From IMG/VR virus record IMGVR_UViG_3300005253_000377, positions 1-50,207 of that record: 50,207 nt of DNA. The stretch is one strand, 5' to 3'. Within the stretch, counting starts at the first letter, position 1; each line of letters begins with the position of its first letter. The position numbers were made by a program, and so were the translations under genes. The DNA is from a virus (lineage: Duplodnaviria; Caudoviricetes). This document shows, piece by piece, positions 8,705 to 17,998 of this stretch. The notes beneath the pieces are model-generated. The model was not told the DNA's origin. It made no database searches and worked only from the letters and a program-made list of their open reading frames with translations.

Positions 8705-10983
8705 GTTGGACTCTCCAAATATCTCACCGCCGCATCAGGTAATATCGACACACTCTTGCGACCACGAACTTTATCTCTTACAATATCTTTCAAACGCGGG
8801 AAGACAACAGAAAATGTTCTGCCAAACCAGACGCGACTGTAGACTGAATAACCACTTTCTTTAAACCAAGCTCGATGCAGGTCAAACAGTTGATCATTAG
8901 AAACCCAAGCATTAGAATCGTCAAAGTTAAAGCATTGTTTACCCATTGCTGCCATCGGTGATGTCATATATCGTAGTTCTTCTTTAGCAACTTTTGAAGT
9001 CGCTGGCACTATAAACTTATTAGTTTGCTTCAGATCACGCAACCCCTCGATAGCCCAGTTTATGATGCCTGGGACTTCTTTTATAAGCTGCTCTTTCAAT
9101 AAAACATTCGGGGCATCTTTGAAAGATCTACCGAAGTAGAGCATGTTAACTCTGCGTTCCAGGGCTTGTGCATTATCAACGAAACGTGGTAGCACATCAC
9201 ACTCATAAGTCAACCGGGCAAACGGCTCGGTATCATAAGAAACGCCATATTTAACACGAACACTAAAAATATTACGACCTGTTAATCGTTTAATTACTTG
9301 AAGGATCATATCAGCATCAGCTTTTTTTGTTGCTTGATCTTCAGAAAATATTACTGAGTTTTTATTAACAAGTTTTTCCATACCAAAAGTATATTTAAGA
9401 TCTTGAGATTCTAACGGCGTACACTTATCTTTTCCCAACATCTCATATAAAACTTTTGTTATTGTGCTCTTGCCAGACCCTGATACGCCGAACAGGATCA
9501 TCATAGCTTCTAAGTAATTGGTAGCAATGAGGTTATAACCATACCATTGTTGTAGTAATCGAATGGAATCATTATCTTCACCCCACCAGTCTCGCAACGT
9601 CACCTGCCAAAGCGGGTAATCAGCATCAGAATCATAATTCCAGGGTACAGTTGACGTAATGTAAAGTTCAGGTTTTAATTTTGTAAAACTATTTGTTTCT
9701 GTATTTAACACACCGTTCTTAAATACAATCTGTTTCTCACGATCAAATTCAAGCGTGCTTTTATATCCCTCAATAATAAACGGTTCATCTACATCCGAAC
9801 CGTTGCGTATCTGGGTTGCAGTTTTGAGTTCATATTTAATCCCTCGAAATTTATACTCATCACGAAGATATGGTTTGCGTGATGTGACTATTTCATCCTT
9901 CACTTTTTTTGTTTCAATGTAATATTTATCTCGTACATAATCACGAAGGTTACTGTCTAATATATCCTTCTCAACCTTCTTATAACGCACGCCGTCATAC
10001 CGCCAGAACTCTCCGCGATGATGTCGAAATAAAGTATAGATACCATCAATGTGTAACTCTTTAAGCCATTGTTCTGCTATAGTTGAAGACAATGGACTGT
10101 CTAAAAGATCATCATCAGTTTTAGTATCCGCATTAGTGTCGATGTATTTAAGTAACTCTTCATTCGTTAGCCCATGTCTGACCCAATCACGCAGATCTTT
10201 AACTCCGGTCGGCGGCATGATCTTAGATACTTGCTTACAGAACTTTTGAAGTTTAATGAAAGTAACCTCCATCCCTTCCTCGCCAGCACCACTATCATTC
10301 TCACCTATGATTATTGTCTTTTTCCCTCTAAGAACTCTTGTAAGCCCAGTGATTCCTCCGGTAGCCGAAGGTTTACCCACAGCGACGAAACCCAGGTCGT
10401 GAGCCGCGAGAACATCCGACGCACCCTCGACCACAAGGATCGGGTGCGATGAACTTGATAATAAACTATTGTTCTTGCTTGATTTGTTAGCTGATTTACT
10501 CCCATCCAACACGTGTAACCATCCAGCATCACCCACTTGTATTGTGTCTTTGGTTTTGTATTCAGATCTGGGACATATAACTTCACTTGGATCTTCCGGG
10601 TTTTGTCGTGAGACAAGACACCAATCAGGTCGCCCACAGATCGGACATTTAACACCTGCGGTCGAAACTCTAATGAAATCAGTGAGCAATGATCGTCCAT
10701 GCTTTTTCCCTTTCTTAAAATCTGGGTTTAAAATGTATGAAAGTCCACGTTTGGAACTTTCCACCATATATTTCTTACCGTTCATATATCGTCTTAACAA
10801 GCCGATGATCTCGCCCTTAGCATTTCGCTCGGCGAAGATCCAGGCTTGTTCATGGAACCAGAAGCCAACACCGAGGGCTTTAATTGCATCAGTGCTCGCG
10901 TTGAGGTCGTCCGCGAGAAGCTGAACCATGCCCTCGGTCATGTTGGCCTGATATGTTGTGAACTGATCAGATAGGTTTAGCAT
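8701..10983 (-). CDS. DNA primase-helicase (Zn finger + TOPRIM + D5_N/SF3 helicase, P4 alpha/D5-like)
   Basis: CPICGRPDWC zinc motif, TOPRIM VVEGASD...GENDSGAG...GVKDLRDW, D5_N-like IVFKNGVLN, Walker A GVSGSGKST, ALERR. Confidence 0.9.
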   Translation of the reverse strand: MLNLSDQFTTYQANMTEGMVQLLADDLNASTDAIKALGVGFWFHEQAWIFAERNAKGEIIGLLRRYMNGKKYMVESSKRGLSYILNPDFKKGKKHGRSLLTDFIRVSTAGVKCPICGRPDWCLVSRQNPEDPSEVICPRSEYKTKDTIQVGDAGWLHVLDGSKSANKSSKNNSLLSSSSHPILVVEGASDVLAAHDLGFVAVGKPSATGGITGLTRVLRGKKTIIIGENDSGAGEEGMEVTFIKLQKFCKQVSKIMPPTGVKDLRDWVRHGLTNEELLKYIDTNADTKTDDDLLDSPLSSTIAEQWLKELHIDGIYTLFRHHRGEFWRYDGVRYKKVEKDILDSNLRDYVRDKYYIETKKVKDEIVTSRKPYLRDEYKFRGIKYELKTATQIRNGSDVDEPFIIEGYKSTLEFDREKQIVFKNGVLNTETNSFTKLKPELYITSTVPWNYDSDADYPLWQVTLRDWWGEDNDSIRLLQQWYGYNLIATNYLEAMMILFGVSGSGKSTITKVLYEMLGKDKCTPLESQDLKYTFGMEKLVNKNSVIFSEDQATKKADADMILQVIKRLTGRNIFSVRVKYGVSYDTEPFARLTYECDVLPRFVDNAQALERRVNMLYFGRSFKDAPNVLLKEQLIKEVPGIINWAIEGLRDLKQTNKFIVPATSKVAKEELRYMTSPMAAMGKQCFNFDDSNAWVSNDQLFDLHRAWFKESGYSVYSRVWFGRTFSVVFPRLKDIVRDKVRGRKSVSILPDAAVRYLESPT

Positions 10984-11078
10984 ATTATTCCGACGCTGGT
11001 GGTCGACAATGTTAAGGAAGGGCTATTTCACACCAGAAATATAATTTATCCACCCACCAGCGTCCATGTTAGGAAACT

Positions 11079-11966
11079 TTAAAACGGTATATCATCTTTA
11101 ACCTGTGCAACTACAATCCGTCTGATGTTAGCCCAGCCTTCAGGTGACAACTGATCTTCGTCGCCGTCTGGAGCATTAGCTTCAACAGTTTTCAACCAAA
11201 GATCAGCAAGCTGTTGTTCAGTAACAGATTCAGGTGCAGCCTTCTTACAAGCTACCCAGGCTTCTGTCTGTGTGCACTTATCAGCTTTAGTGGCTTTCTT
11301 CGGCTTTGCAGTCTTCTTAGGTGGCTTCGCTGTTTTCTTCGGCGGTGCTTCGCTGGCTCGTTCTGACACACTTCTTAATGATGTTGTTTCAGGTACATCC
11401 TCTGCTTCAGCTACTTGATCGTCTGTAGGTGGTGCTGCCTTCGGCTTCACAACAGGCACAACTGGCTTACCGACAGTCTTCGGTTTCTTCTCGCCAGAAC
11501 GCTTCCTGAAAAACGCAGCGTACTTAGCATCAAGTCCCTTGACCTCTGCTGCATCGAGCTTCTGAACTGTGCGACCAGGCTCTGCATCGTAGTGGTTGAT
11601 ACCAGCTACCTGAATCGTGGTGTTGCCGTCGTATTCGTTTTCTTTAGTAGTGAACTGGATGCCAGAGTTCTGATAGTCGATGTCATTCAGCGAACTCAGT
11701 GACGCACCATCCCAGCCAAGTGCCTTCTCGATTGCTTTGCAATGGAAGATCTCGTTGTCTTTCTTACCTACAAGCACCAGATACGCGGTGATCTCACGCT
11801 CTTCAACATCATCCCAGGGGACCCAGCACTTCTCATCGAAGTCGTAGATCTCATCAGCCCTCAACGAGAGGGACAACTGCGGCAGACCTGTTGATGTCTG
11901 TCCCAGGCCACCGTCCACGATGTTCTTGGTACGGAACGTACCCTCGCGGTCTATTAATTTTCCCAT
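11079..11966 (-). CDS. Putative single-stranded DNA-binding protein
   Basis: Beta-rich N-terminal domain, Lys/Pro linker, SSB-type acidic tail DDIPF, adjacent to Sak4-like and exonuclease genes. Confidence 0.65.
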   Translation of the reverse strand: MGKLIDREGTFRTKNIVDGGLGQTSTGLPQLSLSLRADEIYDFDEKCWVPWDDVEEREITAYLVLVGKKDNEIFHCKAIEKALGWDGASLSSLNDIDYQNSGIQFTTKENEYDGNTTIQVAGINHYDAEPGRTVQKLDAAEVKGLDAKYAAFFRKRSGEKKPKTVGKPVVPVVKPKAAPPTDDQVAEAEDVPETTSLRSVSERASEAPPKKTAKPPKKTAKPKKATKADKCTQTEAWVACKKAAPESVTEQQLADLWLKTVEANAPDGDEDQLSPEGWANIRRIVVAQVKDDIPF

Positions 11967-11976
11967 GTTTTTCCTT

Positions 11977-12141
11977 TCAAGAATTGGTTATGTGTTCAAT
12001 TTTACCTAAAAGATTAATACTACGAATCTCCTTATCTGGATTAATCCTATCTATTACATCAGAAAGTTTACTGGCACTAAAATATATAGGGTCATCCGAT
12101 GAAGTTCTTGCGTAATTAACTTTGTACAATTTTTGTTTCAT
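11977..12141 (-). CDS. Hypothetical 54-aa protein (not in the ORF track)
   Basis: MKQKLYKVNYARTSSDDPIYF..., with the same AAGGAAAAACATG start region as the SSB gene. Confidence 0.55.
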   Translation of the reverse strand: MKQKLYKVNYARTSSDDPIYFSASKLSDVIDRINPDKEIRSINLLGKIEHITNS

Positions 12142-12164
12142 GTTTTTCCTTCCAGTAAATATTT

Positions 12165-12377
12165 TTACATATATTTATTTAAATTTGCAAGTTTTTCATC
12201 TGTAAGAACATAAATTATTTTAATTAACCGCTCTTTATCAAACGTTTTAATAGGAACACCACCCCAGTACATAGTTCCTTCCACTATTATATCGTCAAGG
12301 TCAGTTACAGCTATGGATTTACTTGGTGTTACTCTTGTATCAATTACAATATGGCCGTGTTTAAATCTAATCATCAT
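12165..12377 (-). CDS. Hypothetical protein
   Basis: 70 aa ORF in the operon. Confidence 0.5.
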   Translation of the reverse strand: MMIRFKHGHIVIDTRVTPSKSIAVTDLDDIIVEGTMYWGGVPIKTFDKERLIKIIYVLTDEKLANLNKYM

Positions 12378-12630
12378 CTTCTCCCTCTAATTCAAGTTCT
12401 TGTGGACCCACGCAATCAACACACTTCTCGCCTGTCGGAACACCATGCTGACAGATCAACCCCTTTTTAATCTTCTCAGCAATAATCAGGTGGAACATGT
12501 GCTCACGCACGACAGCTTCACATGCTGCTTTCTTAGCAAAATCATCGTGACAGTGTTTGAACTTCAACCCGGACTCACACGGACACGGTGCGTTGGGTAA
12601 TACTTTTCTGCCTTTTAGCTGGATTGTCAT
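12367..12630 (-). CDS. SEC-C motif-containing protein
   Basis: PNAPCPCESGLKFKHCH matches the SEC-C metal-binding motif, second Cys/His cluster near the C-terminus. Confidence 0.75.
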   Translation of the reverse strand: MTIQLKGRKVLPNAPCPCESGLKFKHCHDDFAKKAACEAVVREHMFHLIIAEKIKKGLICQHGVPTGEKCVDCVGPQELELEGEDDD

Positions 12631-12893
12631 TAAATATCTCCTAACGGGGGCATACCATAATCTTCTTGTATCCCATTTTTTAATACTTGTTTTAAATGAA
12701 AATATAAAGTTTTATAATCTTCATCTGTTTGGCAATCTTTTTCACATCCTGCTGCAATTGATTGATACCATTTCAAAGCTGCTTGCCAACCCTCTCCACA
12801 ATATTCATATTGAACAAGCCCTTGCGTTGCAGGATCAGGAAATGCTTTTTCTATTAACCATTTTCTAAATGCACTCGCCATATCATTCTCCAA
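12630..12893 (-). CDS. Small protein related to the W-x-AAL family
   Basis: AFRKWL...GEGWQAALKW. Confidence 0.55.
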   Translation of the reverse strand: MENDMASAFRKWLIEKAFPDPATQGLVQYEYCGEGWQAALKWYQSIAAGCEKDCQTDEDYKTLYFHLKQVLKNGIQEDYGMPPLGDI

Positions 12894-13674
12894 AAATTAA
12901 ACGCCAAATCGAATCATCATTAACATCTGCAAACGTAACAACGTCAAATTCCTTGCCAATAGTCCTGCTCTTAGCATGGAAATGCGGCTGCGGGTGCACA
13001 TACACAGCACGCTCGTTAGAATCACCGCCAGCCTTGCCCTTATCCACTATCACACTACAGTTAGCGATCCGCAACACGTGGTCAGCCCATTCTACATATG
13101 CGTTCATCGTGGACACGTTCCTGTCGTGATGCAGAGCCGGACCTTCCTTCACGAAGTCTTCAGTCCCGGCCTGGACACTCTTGCAGATTGTGGACTGTGC
13201 TACCATCACAACATTCACACCACGTCGGATCAGTTCAGAACAATCACCCAAGATCAGACCCATAATATCGTACCAGCGACGATAGCCTTTATGGTAGCCG
13301 TAATCTTCGATGTTCTTAACAATCCCGCCGGACTGATTCTTGGGTACGGTCTTGAACATATGTGGTATTGCCCAGCGTTCAAGCTCAGTGACATTATCTG
13401 TGATCACTGTCATACCTGGCTTCCAGATGTTACTCTGCAATGCAAGCCGGACCGATGCGAAGTCAGTGATGCCTTCAACTACCTTGAGCGTACCCATCAA
13501 CCGACCGCCATCGTCTGTTGGAATGTAAGCAGCGTTCTTAATGAGCGAAGCTAAGGTGGTCTTACCAATGCCAGATACACCATAGAGAAGGATCTTCTGG
13601 CCCTGGTTCTCGTTGGTCCAGTTGACTATCTTAAAGCTGGTTTTCTTTTTAGTTGATGGGGGTTTGTCTATCAT
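12883..13674 (-). CDS. AAA_24 / Sak4-like ATPase (single-strand annealing recombinase)
   Basis: KILLYGVSGIGKTTLA Walker A, GYHKGY, EWADHVL, HFHAKSR, flanked by exonuclease and SSB. Confidence 0.85.
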   Translation of the reverse strand: MIDKPPSTKKKTSFKIVNWTNENQGQKILLYGVSGIGKTTLASLIKNAAYIPTDDGGRLMGTLKVVEGITDFASVRLALQSNIWKPGMTVITDNVTELERWAIPHMFKTVPKNQSGGIVKNIEDYGYHKGYRRWYDIMGLILGDCSELIRRGVNVVMVAQSTICKSVQAGTEDFVKEGPALHHDRNVSTMNAYVEWADHVLRIANCSVIVDKGKAGGDSNERAVYVHPQPHFHAKSRTIGKEFDVVTFADVNDDSIWRLIFGE

Positions 13675-14864
13675 TTTTTCTCCTTATTCATTTGTTCTGC
13701 ATGGCAATAATCACACATCACCACGCCATCTATTATATTTTCATTACCACGAACACCACCCTTCACTCCTTTACATACTTCACAATTATCAAGCTGTTTT
13801 CTTACAGCATAGCCATCCGGGGGATCAGCAGGATCAACCACAACGCCATTATCACACAACGCTTTGTACTCACACCGGAACCGGGCATTGCACTGTTTGT
13901 CATTCGTGTACCACAGTTCATTCTTAAGCTGGTACTTCATCATCGTGTAGATATTAAGCAGTTCTGCTTGGAACTTCACCATCTGCTCAGGAGTGCGGCA
14001 GAGTTCCTTCTGTTGGAAATAGAACTCGGGACGCTCCACAACATCCTGGAGCAGACGTGCACCGAACATGTCTGGCGTTTCATAGATAGCGAATGTGCCT
14101 TCTTTCTTGCCCGGCTCGATAATTGCTGTAACATTGTTAATAAATATTTCTAATCCATCAATTATTTTAAATTTTTGCTCACAATACACCCCAGTCTCGA
14201 CCAGTTCCTTGCTGGCCTTCTGTGTAATAAACTTCGGGCCGATCTTCGGTTTGTGCCATACGTTGTAAAGCACGCGTCGAATCATCGGTGTTCGATTGCC
14301 TATACCATACTCCCCAAGCATACCATTAACTCGTAGCCAGTTCGCAGCCTGGACGTAAATGCTAACCTGCGGATCGAGATTCAGATGGTCCCAGTATTCA
14401 TCGTTAATAGTCAGGCTCGTGCTCTTGAACTCACGCACGTAGAGATTACCATATTCATCCTGCACGATCTGGTCGATCTTACCTACGACAGTAACACCTT
14501 TGATCTCATTACCGTCAGCATCATACAGTGGCATCTCGAACTCAATTTCAATTGCTACTATTGTATACTGGTCCGGCTGTTGGTCATAGTACCAATTATA
14601 TCCTGAGAAGCAGTAGAGCAGAATCACTCGCTCGATCTCCCACTCTTCGGCTGTTTTGTATGGTGGGACTGTAGTGTACTGCTCGTTGATGTACTCTGTA
14701 ATCTCGTCCATATCACGATTCAGTTCATGGACCTTGTGCCAGGATGTACCTGTTCTACGAGAATCAGTTTCTTCAACCTTGCGTACCCTGTGGATGTTCG
14801 AGTTCAGCCACCTGGTCGGGCAGGACTTCCAATTATCTATTGCTGACGCACTAAGTCTTATCAT
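13671..14864 (-). CDS. PD-(D/E)XK RecB/Cas4-like exonuclease
   Basis: LSASAIDNWKSCP, GTSWH, VGKIDQIV...EFKST, QVSIY, C-terminal CNARFRCEYKALC. Confidence 0.85.
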   Translation of the reverse strand: MIRLSASAIDNWKSCPTRWLNSNIHRVRKVEETDSRRTGTSWHKVHELNRDMDEITEYINEQYTTVPPYKTAEEWEIERVILLYCFSGYNWYYDQQPDQYTIVAIEIEFEMPLYDADGNEIKGVTVVGKIDQIVQDEYGNLYVREFKSTSLTINDEYWDHLNLDPQVSIYVQAANWLRVNGMLGEYGIGNRTPMIRRVLYNVWHKPKIGPKFITQKASKELVETGVYCEQKFKIIDGLEIFINNVTAIIEPGKKEGTFAIYETPDMFGARLLQDVVERPEFYFQQKELCRTPEQMVKFQAELLNIYTMMKYQLKNELWYTNDKQCNARFRCEYKALCDNGVVVDPADPPDGYAVRKQLDNCEVCKGVKGGVRGNENIIDGVVMCDYCHAEQMNKEKK

Positions 14865-15090
14865 TTTTCTCTCCTTCTGGGATAGCTCCCCTTACTAAAG
14901 CACCAGTTGAATAATTTGTTAGCATTTCAATAAGTTGTTTTGGTAGATTCTCTCTAAGAAACCGATCTAATAAGGTAAGTACCAGCCTGTCTGGTGTTCG
15001 TCCACGATGATCTGCACCAAGAAAAACAGGACATCCCCTAAAACTTAAACCAGTATCAATCATTGAATAATTTGTTGGTAATATGTTCAT
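14851..15090 (-). CDS. Hypothetical protein
   Basis: Start moved to MNILPTNY, preceded by a TAGGA RBS. Confidence 0.45.
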   Translation of the reverse strand: MNILPTNYSMIDTGLSFRGCPVFLGADHRGRTPDRLVLTLLDRFLRENLPKQLIEMLTNYSTGALVRGAIPEGEKNDKT

Positions 15091-15104
15091 TCTGTTTTTT
15101 CCTA

Positions 15105-15272
15105 CTATGGCCACTGACCTGTTTCTGCACATAACCTTGAATGACGTAGATCACCAGAATTATCTTCCCACTCATCCCTTAATTGCTTTTCAGGAACATG
15201 AGGGTATTCTGCTTTATATTTTATAAACTCACTTTCTGGTTTATGATTATAGAAGTTTATTTTATCTGTCAT
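15105..15272 (-). CDS. Hypothetical 55-aa protein (not in the ORF track)
   Basis: MTDKINFYNHKPESEF..., ATGA-coupled to the HD gene. Confidence 0.55.
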   Translation of the reverse strand: MTDKINFYNHKPESEFIKYKAEYPHVPEKQLRDEWEDNSGDLRHSRLCAETGQWP

Positions 15273-15868
15273 ACTTCTTTTTCCTCTTGTAATACTGCAT
15301 ATATGTCATCAACTTTACGACTGGCACAGTAGTCGGCCAGGTGGATTAGATTGGCGAAAGCTGTACTTGGCCTGTAAAAGGGATCGATTGTCCAAACACC
15401 CATGTGACCAGCAATTCCATCAAATATTCTCTCGCAAGATTCAAGACTTAATTCATTGTCAAGTTCTTCGCTAACTATTCTCTGTGCCAGCGTTACTCCG
15501 TGTGTCCCTGTTACACCAGATTCAAGCGGACGACCATTTGGACCCAAACCTTTACCGTTCTTGAGCAGATCATGTAGCAGAAGTGTTGCAACAACCTCAT
15601 CTTGTAATGTAGGAATATCTTTCAATTCAGGCTCTTCACTCAACACCCTCAGCAATTCAATCCCCCACCACACAGCGAGCTTAGTATGCCGAACCAGACC
15701 ACCTTCACCGAGTGACACCTGCGGGTGGTACTTACCTGACGTGCTGCATGGGCAGGTCCAGAAGTAGTCCGGGCAGAGTTTATCGAACACGTCGAGGACG
15801 AATTGTTTGGTTTCTTTACTCTTGATTAACGATAGTTCGTATTCAAAAATTTTATCTACAAAATTCAT
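15269..15868 (-). CDS. HD-domain phosphohydrolase
   Basis: GKYHP, GGLVRHT, LLHDLLK, HMG, HLADY. Confidence 0.85.
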   Translation of the reverse strand: MNFVDKIFEYELSLIKSKETKQFVLDVFDKLCPDYFWTCPCSTSGKYHPQVSLGEGGLVRHTKLAVWWGIELLRVLSEEPELKDIPTLQDEVVATLLLHDLLKNGKGLGPNGRPLESGVTGTHGVTLAQRIVSEELDNELSLESCERIFDGIAGHMGVWTIDPFYRPSTAFANLIHLADYCASRKVDDIYAVLQEEKEV

Positions 15869-16326
15869 ACAAAATCTCCAAAATAATGATATTCGAGTTC
15901 TTCAACTCCATGTATTATGAGATAGATACCACCAGCATAAGTAACATCATGTTTTCGTTTCTGCTGACCAGGACTAAGCCTACCACCTTTGCCAGCTTTA
16001 CATTCAATCTCAAAATGTGTACCATAGTCACCAACTATGCCGATGATGTCACCAGCACCCTTGATACCATACACACCCCACTGTCCGCGATCATTCTGAA
16101 ACGAAGCAGCATCATGACGGTTGCACATAATATGGTGTCGGTGTAACCACACCAGACAGTCATGCACTACATCTTTTTCAGGATAAGGACAACGTACTGG
16201 CACAACTGACTTAGTCGGAATTGAACCATCTTTGTATGTACTGCGTTTCACTTTCTTACCCTCGTTTATACACTTCACCGCATCAGCGATGTCAGCGTAC
16301 TGTAGTGCTTTGGTGCGTCGTTTCAT
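15865..16326 (-). CDS. VRR-NUC-like endonuclease / Holliday junction resolvase
   Basis: GAGDIIG...FEIECKAGKGGRLSPGQ...AGGIY. Confidence 0.8.
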   Translation of the reverse strand: MKRRTKALQYADIADAVKCINEGKKVKRSTYKDGSIPTKSVVPVRCPYPEKDVVHDCLVWLHRHHIMCNRHDAASFQNDRGQWGVYGIKGAGDIIGIVGDYGTHFEIECKAGKGGRLSPGQQKRKHDVTYAGGIYLIIHGVEELEYHYFGDFV

Positions 16327-16332
16327 GTTAAT

Positions 16333-16581
16333 TTACCAGCGAAATGGTGGCTCAAATGGGTGCACCAAAAATGCTGCCCTAAGTTGATCTAATAATCTTT
16401 TATTTGCTGGTTTATATGTAGCATAATAACTCTTCCATAAATGTTTACGCCATCCTGGTTCAAATTTAACGTCATAAAATCCGGGCTTAGGACCGGGCTT
16501 ACTCTTCAATAACTCAGCCGGACACGCAATCGTAGCCCCGCAAACAATACCCAGTTTTTTAAGGAAGCCTCGTCGGTTCAT
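16333..16581 (-). CDS. Small protein with a twin-arginine signal-like N-terminus
   Basis: MNRRGFLKKLGIVCGA, ATGA overlap. Confidence 0.6.
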   Translation of the reverse strand: MNRRGFLKKLGIVCGATIACPAELLKSKPGPKPGFYDVKFEPGWRKHLWKSYYATYKPANKRLLDQLRAAFLVHPFEPPFRW

Positions 16582-16862
16582 TCTTTCAACGGCCACTCAC
16601 AAGCCAGTCCCTCACAATCATCATCCTCTTCATCATCTATCCAGCCACGTGCGGCGAGTGCTGCATCTAATATGTATTCTGATGAACTGGTTCTATCATA
16701 TCTATCATAAATATCATTATCATCCCAATCACTTTCGAGCACAGCAATCTGAGCGTCAACACTACCCAGATTATCGTCGCCGAACATACTTGTTGGACGT
16801 ACATTTGGCCGGACTGTTTTTAACGCTTCAATTTCTTTTTGAATCTGTTCTTTAGTTTTCAT
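16578..16862 (-). CDS. Hypothetical acidic protein
   Basis: GAAAGG RBS before MKTKEQ, first gene after the promoter at 16887-16915. Confidence 0.6.
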   Translation of the reverse strand: MKTKEQIQKEIEALKTVRPNVRPTSMFGDDNLGSVDAQIAVLESDWDDNDIYDRYDRTSSSEYILDAALAARGWIDDEEDDDCEGLACEWPLKE

Positions 16863-16886
16863 TTTGGTTCCTTTCATCATTTTAGT

Positions 16887-16915
16887 ACTATACCACAATC
16901 CAACTTCTCAGTCAA
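16887..16915 (-). promoter_or_regulatory. Sigma70-type promoter (TTGACT-17-TATAGT, extended -10 TG)
   Basis: GCTTGACTGAGAAGTTGGATTGTGGTATAGT, core identical to the promoter at 30067. Confidence 0.8.
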
Positions 16916-16916
16916 G

Positions 16917-17825
16917 CTATTTCTTATAATAAGGTGTCAACTCACCCTCACCAGCTATCGGTAAACTCTTTGCCCAGCTTGGCTTAACACAAAATATATC
17001 AATCGCTTTTTCTAAAGATTTCTCTGCATTTTTTTCCTGCAATAGCACCACAACCTCATCATGACTGCGAAGAATCACAGACACATCAGCAGCGTCCAAT
17101 CGCAGCACACCCTCAACGAATATGTCACGAGCAATCGCTTGGACCACGTTCTCAGTAATCGAGCCACCCCAGAGATAATACTTCTTGTACTTGAGCTTAC
17201 CACCACGTCTATCTTTGACGATCCGGGCCTGGGGGTACTTCAGACAACGAGTGGATGGTAGCTGGATATTAACCATACCGTTGTCGTTCCAAAAGCGGAA
17301 TATAAAATGATCAACCATAAGCTTTTTAGCAAGCTCTGAACAAGGTTCTTTCTTTTTTGAAAGCCACTGATGATTTAAAGTATATGTTGTTATTTGATTA
17401 GGATACTTCACCACCCACCTGAAAGCTTTCTCAATGTTGGTCCAGAACTTAGAAATTTTAGGATATTTTTTATGATATAGTTTGCCTAATTTTTGAATAA
17501 AAACAAAATTATACTCGCCAGAATCAAAATGCGGTTTAAGATCAGCATTTGATAAACAGCGATCAAAGAACTTCTGATCTCCCATTCCATAACCGCGTCC
17601 GAGGATAGCATCTTTACCAAATCCCCTTCGGATAGTAAGAATTTTCCCGATCTCTTTTGGATCAGTTTTGCGTGCTTTACGTACAGGTACGCCGAATAAA
17701 GTAGTAGCAAACTCACTATATATATCTTCTCCATCTGCAAATCCTTTCAATAGGTCGTCTTGCCCGGCAATCCAACTGAGGATGCGAGCTTCTATCTGAG
17801 CTAAGTCTATAATACCGAGGATCAT
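16917..17825 (-). CDS. polA: Family A DNA polymerase, C-terminal (polymerase) fragment
   Basis: Motif A IIDLAQIEARIL, motif B RGFGKDAILGRGYGMG, ENVVQAIARD, motif C SHDEVV. Start set at MILGIID by the ATGA overlap. Confidence 0.9.
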   Translation of the reverse strand: MILGIIDLAQIEARILSWIAGQDDLLKGFADGEDIYSEFATTLFGVPVRKARKTDPKEIGKILTIRRGFGKDAILGRGYGMGDQKFFDRCLSNADLKPHFDSGEYNFVFIQKLGKLYHKKYPKISKFWTNIEKAFRWVVKYPNQITTYTLNHQWLSKKKEPCSELAKKLMVDHFIFRFWNDNGMVNIQLPSTRCLKYPQARIVKDRRGGKLKYKKYYLWGGSITENVVQAIARDIFVEGVLRLDAADVSVILRSHDEVVVLLQEKNAEKSLEKAIDIFCVKPSWAKSLPIAGEGELTPYYKK

Positions 17826-17998
17826 ATTTTGTTTTTCCATAAATGATTAAAAAATCTTTTTATACGAACTAACCATTTTTTGTCGTAACATTCTACACAT
17901 AAGTATCCAGCAATATGAGCGAGCATAGCAAGACTCCATCGTTCATAATAACCACCCAAGCCTTTGTGGAGTTCTTTTTCACACCACCAACACTTCAT
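17822..17998 (-). CDS. 58-aa Cys-rich (CxxC...CxxC) protein inserted within the split polymerase (not in the ORF track)
   Basis: MKCWWCEKELHKGLGGYYERWSLAMLAHIAGYLCVECYDKKWLVRIKRFFNHLWKNKI, ATGA overlaps at both ends. Confidence 0.7.
   Translation of the reverse strand: MKCWWCEKELHKGLGGYYERWSLAMLAHIAGYLCVECYDKKWLVRIKRFFNHLWKNKI

Noticed and set aside
12976-14153. Long antisense ORFs (192 aa and 166 aa) and similar shadow ORFs elsewhere in the track
   Set aside because: They lie opposite well-supported genes and lack motifs or an RBS
13671-14864. Cas4 as part of a CRISPR-Cas system
   Set aside because: Context (Sak4-like ATPase, SSB) indicates a recombination exonuclease. No other cas genes or array.
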